This document shows, piece after piece, positions 47,912 to 57,399 of a stretch of 64,000 nt of DNA (its first letter is position 1; every line of letters begins with the position of its first letter). A program made the translations under genes and the position numbers. Source of the DNA: Myxococcales bacterium (GTDB lineage: Bacteria; Myxococcota_A; Polyangia; Polyangiales; Polyangiaceae); assembly GCA_043747615.1 (NCBI GenBank), contig JAYTOU010000031.1, positions 32,001 through 96,000 of the forward strand, in the 5' to 3' direction. The notes under the pieces were generated by a model that did not search any database, was not told the origin of the DNA, and worked only from the letters and a program-made list of their open reading frames with translations.

Positions 47912-49365
47912 CAGAGGTCGCTTCCGCAATACGACAAGTCGAAGCTCTTGTTGCACATCGGAAAGTCGGAGATCTCGTTTCCGCGCATGGCGACGGCCAG
48001 TCCGAGCCAGTTTCGGAAGGACGGGTCCTGCACTTTGTAGTGGAGGAGATTGCCGTGGTCGCTCGTTTCGAGGACGTGGACGACCTCGCCTCGCCAGCCT
48101 TCGGCGACCGTGATGACGAGACGCGATGCTGCGAGATTACCCACGTTTTCTCGGGTGGGCTGGGAAACTGGGAAACCTTCGAGCGCGTCGTTGATCCATG
48201 CAAGCGATCGGTCCATCTCTCGGATCCGAAGGCTCGCGCGCGCGAAGCAGTCACCGGTGTCTTCGATGACGCACTCGATCGGAATGACGTCGTAGATGCC
48301 ACCCGCGCCGTCGCGCTGGTCGATCGACACTCCAGACGCTCGCGCGGCCATGCCCACGAGGCCGAGCTCGAGCGCTTGCTCGCGCTTCAAGACGCCGGAG
48401 TCCCGAAGCCGGTGCTGCACGGTTCTCGACTCGAGGAAGCACTCGTTGATGATCTCGAGATCGGTCTGGAGGAGAGCGACACTTCGCATGATGCGCGCGG
48501 CGTCCCCGACCCCGATGCGGACGCCGCTCCCTCCGGGACGAAGCGCACCGCGACCAAAGCGACTGCCACACAGGCGCATGGTGGTGTTGATTGCCGTCGT
48601 TCGGAGTCGGCCGTACGTGGCCGCACCTTGAAGAAATCCTATGTCGCCGGCGAGCCCGCCGAGGCCGCTGAGGTGCATGCCGATCCGCTCGAGCTCGAGC
48701 ATGATGGCGCGTGCCGCCTCGTGGTCCATGGTGATGCCGAAGCCGGCGAGGGATTCGATCGCCGCGCAATGAGCCCAGGTGTGGGCGATGCTGGTGTCGC
48801 CCGCGATGATCTCGACGAGCGGCGCGAGGGACCGCGGGTCTCCTTGAAGGAGGCGCCGTTCGATGCCGCGATGCTGGTATCCGAGGTGAATCTCGAGGTG
48901 ATGAACGTGCTCCCCCAGGCACATGAAGCGGAACGCGCCCGGCTCGATCACGCCCGCGTGGATCGGCCCGACCGCGACCTCGTGGACCTCTTTCCCTTCG
49001 ATCTCGTAGAAGGGATAGTCGTTCATACCGCCGCTTGCGAAGCGAATCGGCTTGAGCCACGGATGCCCGGTGATCCGCACGCCACATTGCTCGTGGAGCT
49101 CGCGCTCGAAGCAGTGCATTCCCGGGAAGTCCGCGGTCAACGCGTGGTATCCGCGCGCAGGATCCATCGTGGTCCGGAGCACCGTTAGCTCTCCGCGGGC
49201 AGCGAGCACCGCGGTCACCACGGCCAGGCGGCCCTCCGTTCTTCCGTAGAGGATGACCATTCGCTCGCACGCAGTGAGGCGCGCGTGGATCTCCGCGACC
49301 CACTCCTTCGGCTCCAGACATGCGACGTCCTCAAGGCGCGCACTGTGGATGGCGAGTGAGCTCAT
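47911..49365 (-). CDS. hyfG: Ehr large subunit (NuoC/D, HycE-like) without NiFe ligands
   Basis: FERELHE, VGPIHAGVIEPG, GYQHRG, ELERI, EGWRGE, DPSF; IAGDTS and SFDLSYCG replace the two CxxC motifs. Confidence 0.88.
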   Translation of the reverse strand: MSSLAIHSARLEDVACLEPKEWVAEIHARLTACERMVILYGRTEGRLAVVTAVLAARGELTVLRTTMDPARGYHALTADFPGMHCFERELHEQCGVRITGHPWLKPIRFASGGMNDYPFYEIEGKEVHEVAVGPIHAGVIEPGAFRFMCLGEHVHHLEIHLGYQHRGIERRLLQGDPRSLAPLVEIIAGDTSIAHTWAHCAAIESLAGFGITMDHEAARAIMLELERIGMHLSGLGGLAGDIGFLQGAATYGRLRTTAINTTMRLCGSRFGRGALRPGGSGVRIGVGDAARIMRSVALLQTDLEIINECFLESRTVQHRLRDSGVLKREQALELGLVGMAARASGVSIDQRDGAGGIYDVIPIECVIEDTGDCFARASLRIREMDRSLAWINDALEGFPVSQPTRENVGNLAASRLVITVAEGWRGEVVHVLETSDHGNLLHYKVQDPSFRNWLGLAVAMRGNEISDFPMCNKSFDLSYCGSDL

Positions 49366-50801
49366 TCGCTTCCCAACGTCGCTGCGACTTGTCGAAAAAG
49401 AGCGTTCACGGGCGGGGGCATGTAGACGCCCATTGCCACGAGCGCCACGAAGAAGACGAGCTCCGGAACAGCAGGCCCGAAGGTCTGCGGAGGCCACGAC
49501 ACCTTCGTCTTCGGCTCGCCCCAGATCATCGGAAAGATCGTGCGACCGGTGGCCACGAAGGTCATCGTGATGAGGCCGCAGAACACGATGAAGACAATGA
49601 TCTGCCCCGAGCGAAAGAGCCCGGACAGGATCATGAGCTCGCCGAGGAAGCTTCCGAACGGAGGAAAGCCGAGCAGCGCGAACGTCCCCACCAGCAAGAA
49701 CATGCCGCTGTAGGGCAGATCCTTGATCAGCCCAGAGATCTCGCGCGTGTCTTTCGTGGCGTAATACGCTTTGATCTTGCCGGCGGTGAGAAACAAGATC
49801 GCCTTGATGAAGGCGTTGCTCACGACGTAAAGAAGTAGTCCGTACGAAGCCATGCTGTTGCCGATGCCGAGCCCGATCGCGATGACGCCGGCGTGGTTGA
49901 TCGAGGCGTACGCGAGGAGTCGTTTCAGGTTGCGCGTCGCGATGATGCTGAAGCTCGAGACCGCCATCGACGCGAGGCCGACCAAAAGAAGCTCGGTGGA
50001 GACCAGATCCGGGTTGCCCCGACGATAGACTTGGAGGACGCGCAAGAGGGCCACGAGCGCGCAGTTGAACTGCACGGAGGCGAGCATCGCCGTCACCGCG
50101 GGGGGCGCCTGGTCGTACGTCTCGGGAAGCCAGCTGTACATCGGAGCGAGCCCGAGCTTCGTTCCGTAGCCGAGGAAAACGAGCGCGAGACCGAGCTTGC
50201 GCCAAACGTTCGGAGGACCGCCCACGAGTGGCGCGAGCCGGTCGATGAAGAACGTGGGGGCGTGCCCGCTCATCTCGAGGCTCCTGCCGAGGCAAAGAAA
50301 ACCGAGGAGCGCGAGGCTGAGGCCCACGGAAGAGAACACCAGGTACGTCCACGATGCGCGGCGCGATGCGGGGACTCCAGGGCGAATGATGAGCGGCGCG
50401 GCAGCGAGGGTAGTCGCCTCGAGCGCGATCCACATTACGAGAATGTGGTTCGAGATCACGACGGCATTCGCGGCCGCCATGAAGACGAGCGCCAAGGACA
50501 CGAAGCGCCCGAGGCCGTCGCGCGTCTTTGGAACCGTGCGCACCCGATTCCAGACGAAGGCCGCGATCCCGAAGAAGATGACGTTGATGAGCACGAGAAA
50601 TAAGCGCGCGGTTGGGTCGAGGGTGAGGTACGGCATTCTCCCTCCGAAAGCGCGTTCACTCCCGATCCCGCCCATGCTCACGGCAAGCGCCGCGTCGAGA
50701 AATGCCGTACCGATGAGGATCTGCGGGAGCGCACGTACGCCCCCCGACGCAACGATGAGCCCAGCGATGGCCGGGACGACCACGACCGCGATCGGCGTCA
50801 T
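49362..50801 (-). CDS. hyfF: Antiporter-like membrane subunit HyfF
   Basis: WIALEATTL, GYGTKLGLAPMYSWLP, KRLLAYASI, GFPPFGSFLGE. Confidence 0.88.
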   Translation of the reverse strand: MTPIAVVVVPAIAGLIVASGGVRALPQILIGTAFLDAALAVSMGGIGSERAFGGRMPYLTLDPTARLFLVLINVIFFGIAAFVWNRVRTVPKTRDGLGRFVSLALVFMAAANAVVISNHILVMWIALEATTLAAAPLIIRPGVPASRRASWTYLVFSSVGLSLALLGFLCLGRSLEMSGHAPTFFIDRLAPLVGGPPNVWRKLGLALVFLGYGTKLGLAPMYSWLPETYDQAPPAVTAMLASVQFNCALVALLRVLQVYRRGNPDLVSTELLLVGLASMAVSSFSIIATRNLKRLLAYASINHAGVIAIGLGIGNSMASYGLLLYVVSNAFIKAILFLTAGKIKAYYATKDTREISGLIKDLPYSGMFLLVGTFALLGFPPFGSFLGELMILSGLFRSGQIIVFIVFCGLITMTFVATGRTIFPMIWGEPKTKVSWPPQTFGPAVPELVFFVALVAMGVYMPPPVNALFRQVAATLGSE

Positions 50802-51427
50802 GGCACCGCCGCGCTTTTCGCTTCGACGAGCGTGCCCACCGGCGAATTCTTCAAAGTCCGCAAGTACCAGGCGAACATCACCACGGAGATCAGGAGCACG
50901 GCGGTCTGTCCAAGACGAATTCCGATCGCCTCGTGGTGCGAAGGATTGCCGAGTTCGAAGAGGGCGATGGCATTCTCGAGCCGGAGCGCGCCAATCATCT
51001 GACTGAAGGGGACCGACTGCGTCGACAGGACGAGGAGCCCGAGGAGCAGCCCCGACGCGGACACTGCGACGAGGGTCTGCTCGTCACTCTCGACGGGAAC
51101 GACCACCCCCGCGAACTGGAAGGCGAAGACCACGAGCACGATCGCGAACGTCCAGGAGAGCATGTTCGGCGGAATGACGTCGTTGCGCGAAGGAGCCTTC
51201 TGGCTTCGGAGCACGCGGTAGAGAAAGAGCGGAGCTGCGATTGCCCGGACGGCGAAGAGGTCGACGAAGGTCAGTATCGTGTGCACCGACAGATGATGAT
51301 CGTGGCGGTAGGCGATCCATCCCATCAGCGCGCCCTGGCACGACAGGCCGACGAGGCTCGTCCGCCAAGATGCGATGAACAACGGGAGCAGGAGCACCGC
51401 CAGGAACGCAATGAGAAGAGGAGTCAT
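50798..51427 (-). CDS. hyfE: HyfE-like membrane subunit
   Basis: Hydrophobic; QG, Q..G...LENAI; position in operon. Start ATG 51427. Confidence 0.75.
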   Translation of the reverse strand: MTPLLIAFLAVLLLPLFIASWRTSLVGLSCQGALMGWIAYRHDHHLSVHTILTFVDLFAVRAIAAPLFLYRVLRSQKAPSRNDVIPPNMLSWTFAIVLVVFAFQFAGVVVPVESDEQTLVAVSASGLLLGLLVLSTQSVPFSQMIGALRLENAIALFELGNPSHHEAIGIRLGQTAVLLISVVMFAWYLRTLKNSPVGTLVEAKSAAVP

Positions 51428-51432
51428 GCGCG

Positions 51433-52374
51433 CTAGGCATGCCAGGAGGTGGCGATCAAGGCGACGAACGCAGCGATCGTCGCGGCGAGGATGTATTGCG
51501 GAACGGTGCTCAGCTTCAGCCGCGCGACCATGGACTCCACGGTTCCAATGACGACGGCGATGACCAGCGAAATCCCCACGTTTGCCGCAGCGGCGACCGC
51601 CATGACGTGATCTGCGCCGGCCCATGGATTCACGAGCGCAGCGAGAAGCGTGATGCCTACGGTCATCTTGAGAGCGGAGCCGTACTGGAGGACCGCCAGG
51701 TCGGGGCCACTGTGATCGAGGATCATCACCTCGCGGATCATCGTGAGCTCGAGATGGGTGCTCGGGTCGTCCGCCGGCATTCGTCCCGACTCGACTTGCA
51801 CGATGATGAAGAGCGCGATGATTGAAGCGGCCCAGACCACGAGCGATCCTCCCGCATCGATGCGCATGGCGACGGCACCTGTCAGGGAATGCTCTCCACT
51901 CGCCGTCGAGAGCGCGCCCGCAACCAGGAAGAGCGTCGGCTCGAGGAGCGTCGAGAGCGTGGCCTCGCGACTCGCCCCCATGCCCTCGAAAGAGCTCCCG
52001 ACGTCGAGCGCTGCGAGCATCAGCGCCACGCGACCAAGCGCCCACACGTACGCGAACCAAACGAAGTCGAAGGGAAACGCGATCGCGCTTTGGCGACCGA
52101 AGAGGGGCACGACGAGCGCCGAGGCGAGCGTGGTAGCCAGGACGACGTAGGGCGCGAGGCGGAAGATGGGCGTGGTGGCCGCGCTGTACACGCTCTGCTT
52201 GCGCATCAAGCGGACGAGGTCGAACGCGAGCTGAAGGATCGGAAGTCCTTTTCGACCGGACCAAAGAGCCTTCGTACGGTTGATGATCCCCACGACGAGA
52301 ATGGGCAGGACGACGACGGTGCCCACGAACGCTGCGAGGGGGCTCGCCATTCTTCCCACCTCTCCGGGGGTCAT
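51433..52374 (-). CDS. hyfC: NuoH-like subunit HyfC/HycD
   Basis: GRKGLPILQ, LDVGSSFEGMGASRE, ESGRMPADDP..HLELTMI.E. Confidence 0.88.
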   Translation of the reverse strand: MTPGEVGRMASPLAAFVGTVVVLPILVVGIINRTKALWSGRKGLPILQLAFDLVRLMRKQSVYSAATTPIFRLAPYVVLATTLASALVVPLFGRQSAIAFPFDFVWFAYVWALGRVALMLAALDVGSSFEGMGASREATLSTLLEPTLFLVAGALSTASGEHSLTGAVAMRIDAGGSLVVWAASIIALFIIVQVESGRMPADDPSTHLELTMIREVMILDHSGPDLAVLQYGSALKMTVGITLLAALVNPWAGADHVMAVAAAANVGISLVIAVVIGTVESMVARLKLSTVPQYILAATIAAFVALIATSWHA

Positions 52375-54350
52375 CGCCCGGCCCCGATCAGCACCGCCAC
52401 GATGGTCACCAGAAGGACGAGCGCTGCGGCGAACGCGAAGCGCGGCTGCTCTGGAATGCGCTCGGACGTCTTCGTCACGAACTCTTCGCCTTGCCCTATC
52501 ACCTCGAACATCCTTCGCTCGACGGCGTCGATGTGGTGGGTCGACACATGGCCGCGTTCCGGTGGAAACGCTTTCGTCGAGAGGCGCTCGCGCCGGAGCT
52601 GCGGCAAGAACGCCTCGAAGATCAGGGCAAATTGAGCCGAAAATGAGCTTCCCGTCGTTTGCATGCGCGTGTTCGGCGCCGCGTAGCCACAGCCCCACGT
52701 AACGACGCGACGCGCGCGCCTCCCGGCGAGCCAGCCGGCTGCGCAGAAGATCGCGATGCCCACCGCGAGCACTCGGCTGACGAGCTGCACAGGGACGAGC
52801 GCCTTCGTCAGGTCGGAATCGTCGAACGCAATCCCGTCGATGCGGAAGAGGGAGATCGTGGAGCGGACGAAGCTGAGCCCGATGATCGGAAAGAGGCCGA
52901 GGAGCACGACGCCCGCCGCGTGGACCGCCATAGGAAGGAGCATGGTCCAGGGAGCATCGCCTTGCGCGTGAACCCTTGCGTCTCGTGGCTTGCCGAGGAA
53001 CGCGACGCCGATCGCGCGGGTCATGGAAAGCGCGCTCACCGCACCAACGAACGCGAGGAGAGCGGCAGCCCCAACGAGAGCGATCGTGGCCAACGCCGAA
53101 GGCGCAGCTCCGGAGAGGAGCCCCGCGTAGATCAGAAATTCGCTGAAGAACCCGTTCAGAGGCGGGAGCGCGCACATCGCGATACCGCCGATCATGAACA
53201 TAACCGCGGTGCGGGGCATGGCGCGCGCGAGGCCGCCCAAGCGTTCGATGTCGACCGTGTGAGCGATGCGGTAGACGGCGCCGGCCGCGTAAAAGAGCAA
53301 GCACTTGAAGAGCGCATGGTTGAAGAGGTGGAGGATGCCGCCACCGAACCCCGCGAGCACGAGGGCCGGCTTGCCCCACGAGAGGCCGAGATAGCCGATG
53401 CCGAAGCCGATCCCGGCGATGCCCACGTTCTCGGTCGACGAATATCCAAGGAGACGTTTCAGGTCTCGTTGCACCGACGTGTAGAGAACACCGAAGAGCG
53501 CCGAGAGGCACGCAAAGCCAAGCACGCACCACCCCATCCACTCTTCGGGTCGCCCCATGAGGAGAGTGAAACGCAGGAAGCCGAAGAGACCTGCCTTGTG
53601 AATCACCCCCGACATCAGCGCCGAGACGTGCGCGGGCGCCGCAGAGTGAGCGCGCGGGAGCCACGTGTGGAACGGGAAAAAGGCCGATTTGAGGGCGCAC
53701 GAGGCCGCGAGGAGAAGGAAGGCAACGCTGCGAAGGCGACTTCTTTTCGCGAGGAAGGCGCCGAACGCGTCGAAGTCCATCGAACGCGTTTGGCTGTGCA
53801 TGAGCATGAACGCCGCAACGAGGATGAAGAGTCCGACGTGCGTCGAGACGAGGTAGTTGAACCCAGCGAATCGGATCTTCTGGTTTTGATATTCCCAGAT
53901 GACGAGCAGCCACGCCGAGATCGCTGCGACCTCCCATCCGAGGAGGAACACGAGCGCGTTCTGCACCGAGTAGACGATGATGAACGACAGGCCCACCATG
54001 TTGAGGAGGGCAAAGTGCGGCCCGCCGTTGCGACCGGTGTCGAAGGAAGGGCGGAGATACCCGACCGCGTAGACGCTCCCCAGAAATGTCATGGGGAGCG
54101 ACCACGCTAGAAAAAATGCGCTGAGCGCATCGACGCGCACCCGGATCGTCTCGACGGGGAACGACCAGGGGAGCTCCGCTACGAGCCCCGGCCCGCCCGC
54201 GAGCACCGGCGCGATTGCCCAGAGGACGAGGAGCGTTGCCAGAGCTTGCGAGGTGAGGGCGACCGCCGCGCGGTGGGCGTTGTGACGAAGCGATAGCGAC
54301 AGCGCCGCGCCTAGAATGAAGACGAGGCCGCCGATCAGGAGGTAGTGCAC
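52371..54350 (-). CDS. hyfB: Antiporter-like membrane subunit HyfB
   Basis: LLGWE, KSAFFPFHTWLPRAHSAAP..SALMSG, KRLLGYSSTEN, NHALFK, PPLNGFFSE. Confidence 0.9.
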   Translation of the reverse strand: MHYLLIGGLVFILGAALSLSLRHNAHRAAVALTSQALATLLVLWAIAPVLAGGPGLVAELPWSFPVETIRVRVDALSAFFLAWSLPMTFLGSVYAVGYLRPSFDTGRNGGPHFALLNMVGLSFIIVYSVQNALVFLLGWEVAAISAWLLVIWEYQNQKIRFAGFNYLVSTHVGLFILVAAFMLMHSQTRSMDFDAFGAFLAKRSRLRSVAFLLLAASCALKSAFFPFHTWLPRAHSAAPAHVSALMSGVIHKAGLFGFLRFTLLMGRPEEWMGWCVLGFACLSALFGVLYTSVQRDLKRLLGYSSTENVGIAGIGFGIGYLGLSWGKPALVLAGFGGGILHLFNHALFKCLLFYAAGAVYRIAHTVDIERLGGLARAMPRTAVMFMIGGIAMCALPPLNGFFSEFLIYAGLLSGAAPSALATIALVGAAALLAFVGAVSALSMTRAIGVAFLGKPRDARVHAQGDAPWTMLLPMAVHAAGVVLLGLFPIIGLSFVRSTISLFRIDGIAFDDSDLTKALVPVQLVSRVLAVGIAIFCAAGWLAGRRARRVVTWGCGYAAPNTRMQTTGSSFSAQFALIFEAFLPQLRRERLSTKAFPPERGHVSTHHIDAVERRMFEVIGQGEEFVTKTSERIPEQPRFAFAAALVLLVTIVAVLIGAGR

Positions 54351-54402
54351 GGGCGGGGCCCCACGATACGACGATTAGGACCCGCGTGCGGGCGTTAGTC
54401 GC

Positions 54403-55485
54403 TCAGCCGGAGTCGGCTGCGTCCGCCGCGTTGCTCGCGTCGGCAGCATCGGTGCCCGCGTCGAGCCCCGCGTCGTCGGGAAGCATCGGCGCCGTGGGGC
54501 AAGCAGCGATCGAGACCGTGTTCGTGTCCATGGTCACCGCCGCTGCAGCAAGCGCCCTGCCGGTGAGCTCGGCGCGCGTGTTGAGGGTGACGGAGCTGCC
54601 CGAGAGAATATTGCCGCTGAACTTCGCGTCGGTCGAAATGGTCGCCGCGGTGCCGACCTGCCAGTAGACGTTGCAGGGATTCGCGCCGCCGGTGACGAGG
54701 ACCTGGGCCGGCACGAGCGTGTTGAGCGAGAATGTGGTGAGCGTGCTGCCAATCTGGAAGAACCACTTGGCGTTGGCGCCGGCACTCCCCGCGGCGAGCG
54801 TGAGGATTCCCGTAATCTGGGCAGACGAAGCGAACTTGTAGATTCCAGGCGGGAGCGTCATTCCGCCGAGCTCGCTGGCCGTGGTCACGCCGCCGAGCAG
54901 GTTCGCGGGCGAGATGTCCGTGTAGGCCTGGAGAATATCTGCCTGTGCGGTCTGGGCAACGCTGTCGCCGAGGTGGAACGCACCGAGGAGGAGGATCGGC
55001 GGCGTCGTTCCGATGGCCGTCGGGCTCGGATACACACCCAGGTCGCCGGCGCTGACGGTCGTGGTGTTCGCGTTCGACACGGTCGACCCCCCGAAGATCG
55101 TGAACCTGGCGGCCGATTTGAGGAGGGGGTCGAAGGGGGCGAGACTCGCGTCGGTTCCGTCGAAGGCGTCGGCGGCGTCGGCGGCGGCAGCATCTGCGCT
55201 GTCGGTAGCATCTGCGCTGTCGGCGCGCGCATCGTTGACGGTGGTGTCGGTGAAGGTCCCGTCACCCACGGTTCCGTCCGCCATCATTTCGTCGCCCACG
55301 GTCGAATCGCCGAGCGTTACGTCGCTCGTCGTTCCGTCGGCGAGCGCGCCATCCGGCGAGACCGCGCCGTCCGAGTCGAATGGGATGGTGTCGAAGCCAC
55401 CGCACGCCGCGGGAACGAACGCGGCGAACGGAATGACGACAGCGAGGCGAGCGGCGAGGCGGGGGAGACTAAGGGTTCGCGCCAT
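54403..55485 (-). CDS. Ice-binding (DUF3494) lipoprotein
   Basis: Lipobox PAAC; GDLGVYP, TLPPGIY, ITGILTL, WFFQIGSTLTT, NVYWQVG, ILSGSSVTL, GRALA, AVTMDTN. Confidence 0.9.
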   Translation of the reverse strand: MARTLSLPRLAARLAVVIPFAAFVPAACGGFDTIPFDSDGAVSPDGALADGTTSDVTLGDSTVGDEMMADGTVGDGTFTDTTVNDARADSADATDSADAAAADAADAFDGTDASLAPFDPLLKSAARFTIFGGSTVSNANTTTVSAGDLGVYPSPTAIGTTPPILLLGAFHLGDSVAQTAQADILQAYTDISPANLLGGVTTASELGGMTLPPGIYKFASSAQITGILTLAAGSAGANAKWFFQIGSTLTTFSLNTLVPAQVLVTGGANPCNVYWQVGTAATISTDAKFSGNILSGSSVTLNTRAELTGRALAAAAVTMDTNTVSIAACPTAPMLPDDAGLDAGTDAADASNAADAADSG

Positions 55486-55499
55486 GGTGTTCTTCCTCT

Positions 55500-57329
55500 T
55501 CACTTCTTCGCCGGGGTGGGGGTCTTCGCCGGCGGGGGATTCGTCGCCAGGTCTTCGATGTGGAATTCGACGCGTCGATTGGCCGCACGTCCGTCAGCCG
55601 TCGTGTTCTCTTCGAGAGGCTTCTCGAGACCAAAGCCTTCGCTGCTCAGCTTGCGTTTGTCGACGCCCGCCTTGGTCAACGCCTTCTCGACGGACACCGC
55701 GCGCCGCCGACTGAGGTCCTTGTTGTAGACCGCAGCGCCGACGTTGTCGGTGTGTCCTTCGACGCGAAGGTGCTTGATTTCGGGATGCTCCTTGAGGGTC
55801 GTGGTGACGGCGTCGATGATGTTCTTGCCCTCGAGAATCTCCGCGCTGTTGGTCTTGAACTTGATCTGGTCGAGGATTTTCACCTGGCCGGCTTCGATCC
55901 GAACGAACGGGCAGCCGTTCATTTTCGGATTGTCGTTGTGGGGGCCCGGCGCGTCGGGGCATGCGTCTTCGGTGTCGATAATGCCGTCCTTGTCGCGGTC
56001 GGACGGGCAGCCGTTCGTCTTGGGATCGCCGGTCTTGACGCCAGGAACCGTGGGGCAAGCGTCTTCGGCGTCGATGATGCCGTCCTTGTCCTTGTCTGAC
56101 GGACAACCGTTCGTCTTGGGATCGTCGGTCCTGATTCCGGGAACGTCAGGGCACGCATCCTCGGCGTCTGCAATGCCGTCCTTGTCGCGATCCGACGGAC
56201 AGCCGTTCGTCTTGGGATCGTCGGTCTTGACTCCGGCGACGTCTGGGCACGCATCGTTCTGGTCGAGGATCCCGTCGCCATCGCGGTCCGGCGGACACCC
56301 GTTGGTCTTGGGATCGTTCGTTCGCACACCGACGACGTCGGGGCATGCGTCTTCGTTGTCGAAGACTCCATCGCCGTCACGGTCGGGCCGAGGGGGCGGC
56401 GGCTTCTCGATCGACGGCATCCACTCGATGGACGCTAGCGTGCGAAACTGCGCGGTCCCTGGCGCGCTCGACAGACCCGGTCCGGCGCCGAGCCCGAATC
56501 GAAAATCACCCGCGTTGTAGTGGCCGCCAAGCATGAGCGCGAGGGGCGTCGAGTGTTTTCGGAAGGCCGTGTCGCTGCTGGCGATGACCGTGCCGCCGAA
56601 GATTTCCGGTCCGAGGAGGAGCTTCTTATCCGCCACGCGGAGGCCGGCGGCAGCGCTGAAGTCGAGCTCGGTTCCCGTTGCGCGCCCGTTGAACGGAGTG
56701 TCGTTCGCGCGATAGACGGTGCCGACTTGGACGGCATACGCGAAGTTGTCGATGTCGCCGGCGACGGCTACGCGCGGACCCACCCGGACTTGTCCGTCGC
56801 CGAGGTATTGCGTTTCATCCCCCGTCGGGAGCCACACTCGGCCGCCGAGCGCGATCGTGAAGGGATCGCCGTACTCGCCGAGCAACCGAAGGTCTGCGGC
56901 GAGGCGCAAATCGCCGACACCGCCGTTCGAGGGCGCGATGTACCTGCGCCCGGCGGCCGTTTTGCTCTCGCCGTCCTGAAGAAGGGCGAGAGGGAGGCTG
57001 AGTCCAAGGCGAAGGCGGTCGAACAGATTGACGGACGCGCCGACGTGCAAATAAAATTGCGAGCTGATGACCGCGGTGTTCTCGGTCCTGTCGGGGTTCT
57101 GGAGGATGTACGCCTTGTAGGCGTAGTCACCGACGACCCCAATCGCAGGCCGGAACTTGCCGCGAAGATCGAGCGATTCGTTGGCGAACCAATCGCTTCC
57201 GCGCTCGGACGGCTCGAACGTATTGAGTGCGCCTGGCGCGGTCTGCGCACTTGCTGACGCACTCCAGCCAATCGTAGCGAAAGCAGCGACGCAGCAAACG
57301 CGGGCCCGACGATAACTAAGATTCTTCAT
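55500..57329 (-). CDS. TraB-like outer-membrane protein: beta-barrel + TSP3 repeats + OmpA domain
   Basis: Signal peptide; amphipathic strands (GDLRL..DLR); DxDxDG...CP repeats; VEGHTD..G...YN..LS.RRA, NRRVEF. Confidence 0.88.
   Translation of the reverse strand: MKNLSYRRARVCCVAAFATIGWSASASAQTAPGALNTFEPSERGSDWFANESLDLRGKFRPAIGVVGDYAYKAYILQNPDRTENTAVISSQFYLHVGASVNLFDRLRLGLSLPLALLQDGESKTAAGRRYIAPSNGGVGDLRLAADLRLLGEYGDPFTIALGGRVWLPTGDETQYLGDGQVRVGPRVAVAGDIDNFAYAVQVGTVYRANDTPFNGRATGTELDFSAAAGLRVADKKLLLGPEIFGGTVIASSDTAFRKHSTPLALMLGGHYNAGDFRFGLGAGPGLSSAPGTAQFRTLASIEWMPSIEKPPPPRPDRDGDGVFDNEDACPDVVGVRTNDPKTNGCPPDRDGDGILDQNDACPDVAGVKTDDPKTNGCPSDRDKDGIADAEDACPDVPGIRTDDPKTNGCPSDKDKDGIIDAEDACPTVPGVKTGDPKTNGCPSDRDKDGIIDTEDACPDAPGPHNDNPKMNGCPFVRIEAGQVKILDQIKFKTNSAEILEGKNIIDAVTTTLKEHPEIKHLRVEGHTDNVGAAVYNKDLSRRRAVSVEKALTKAGVDKRKLSSEGFGLEKPLEENTTADGRAANRRVEFHIEDLATNPPPAKTPTPAKK
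55905..56384 (-). repeat. Five 96-bp coding tandem repeats (thrombospondin type 3-like)
   Basis: DRD(G/K)DGxxDxxDACPDVxGxxTDDPKTNGCP x5. Confidence 0.92.
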
Positions 57330-57399
57330 TCCGAGGTGTGATGCCCGTGCTGCAATCACGGTTCTGTCGTTCGCCGGAATCGCTCTCATTCCGTGGAGG

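Noticed and set aside
47911..49365. Functional NiFe hydrogenase
   Set aside because: Both CxxC ligand motifs are missing.
47911..54105. 840-, 488- and 890-aa ORFs as Ehr fusions
   Set aside because: Arg-rich off-frame extensions over neighbouring genes; true starts are 49365, 51427 and 52374.
55905..56384. CRISPR-like repeat array
   Set aside because: In-frame 96-bp coding repeats with codon-level variation; no unique spacers or cas genes.
57350..57366. Sigma-54 promoter for the TraB-like gene
   Set aside because: TTGCA is present but the -24 element is AG rather than GG; too weak to call.
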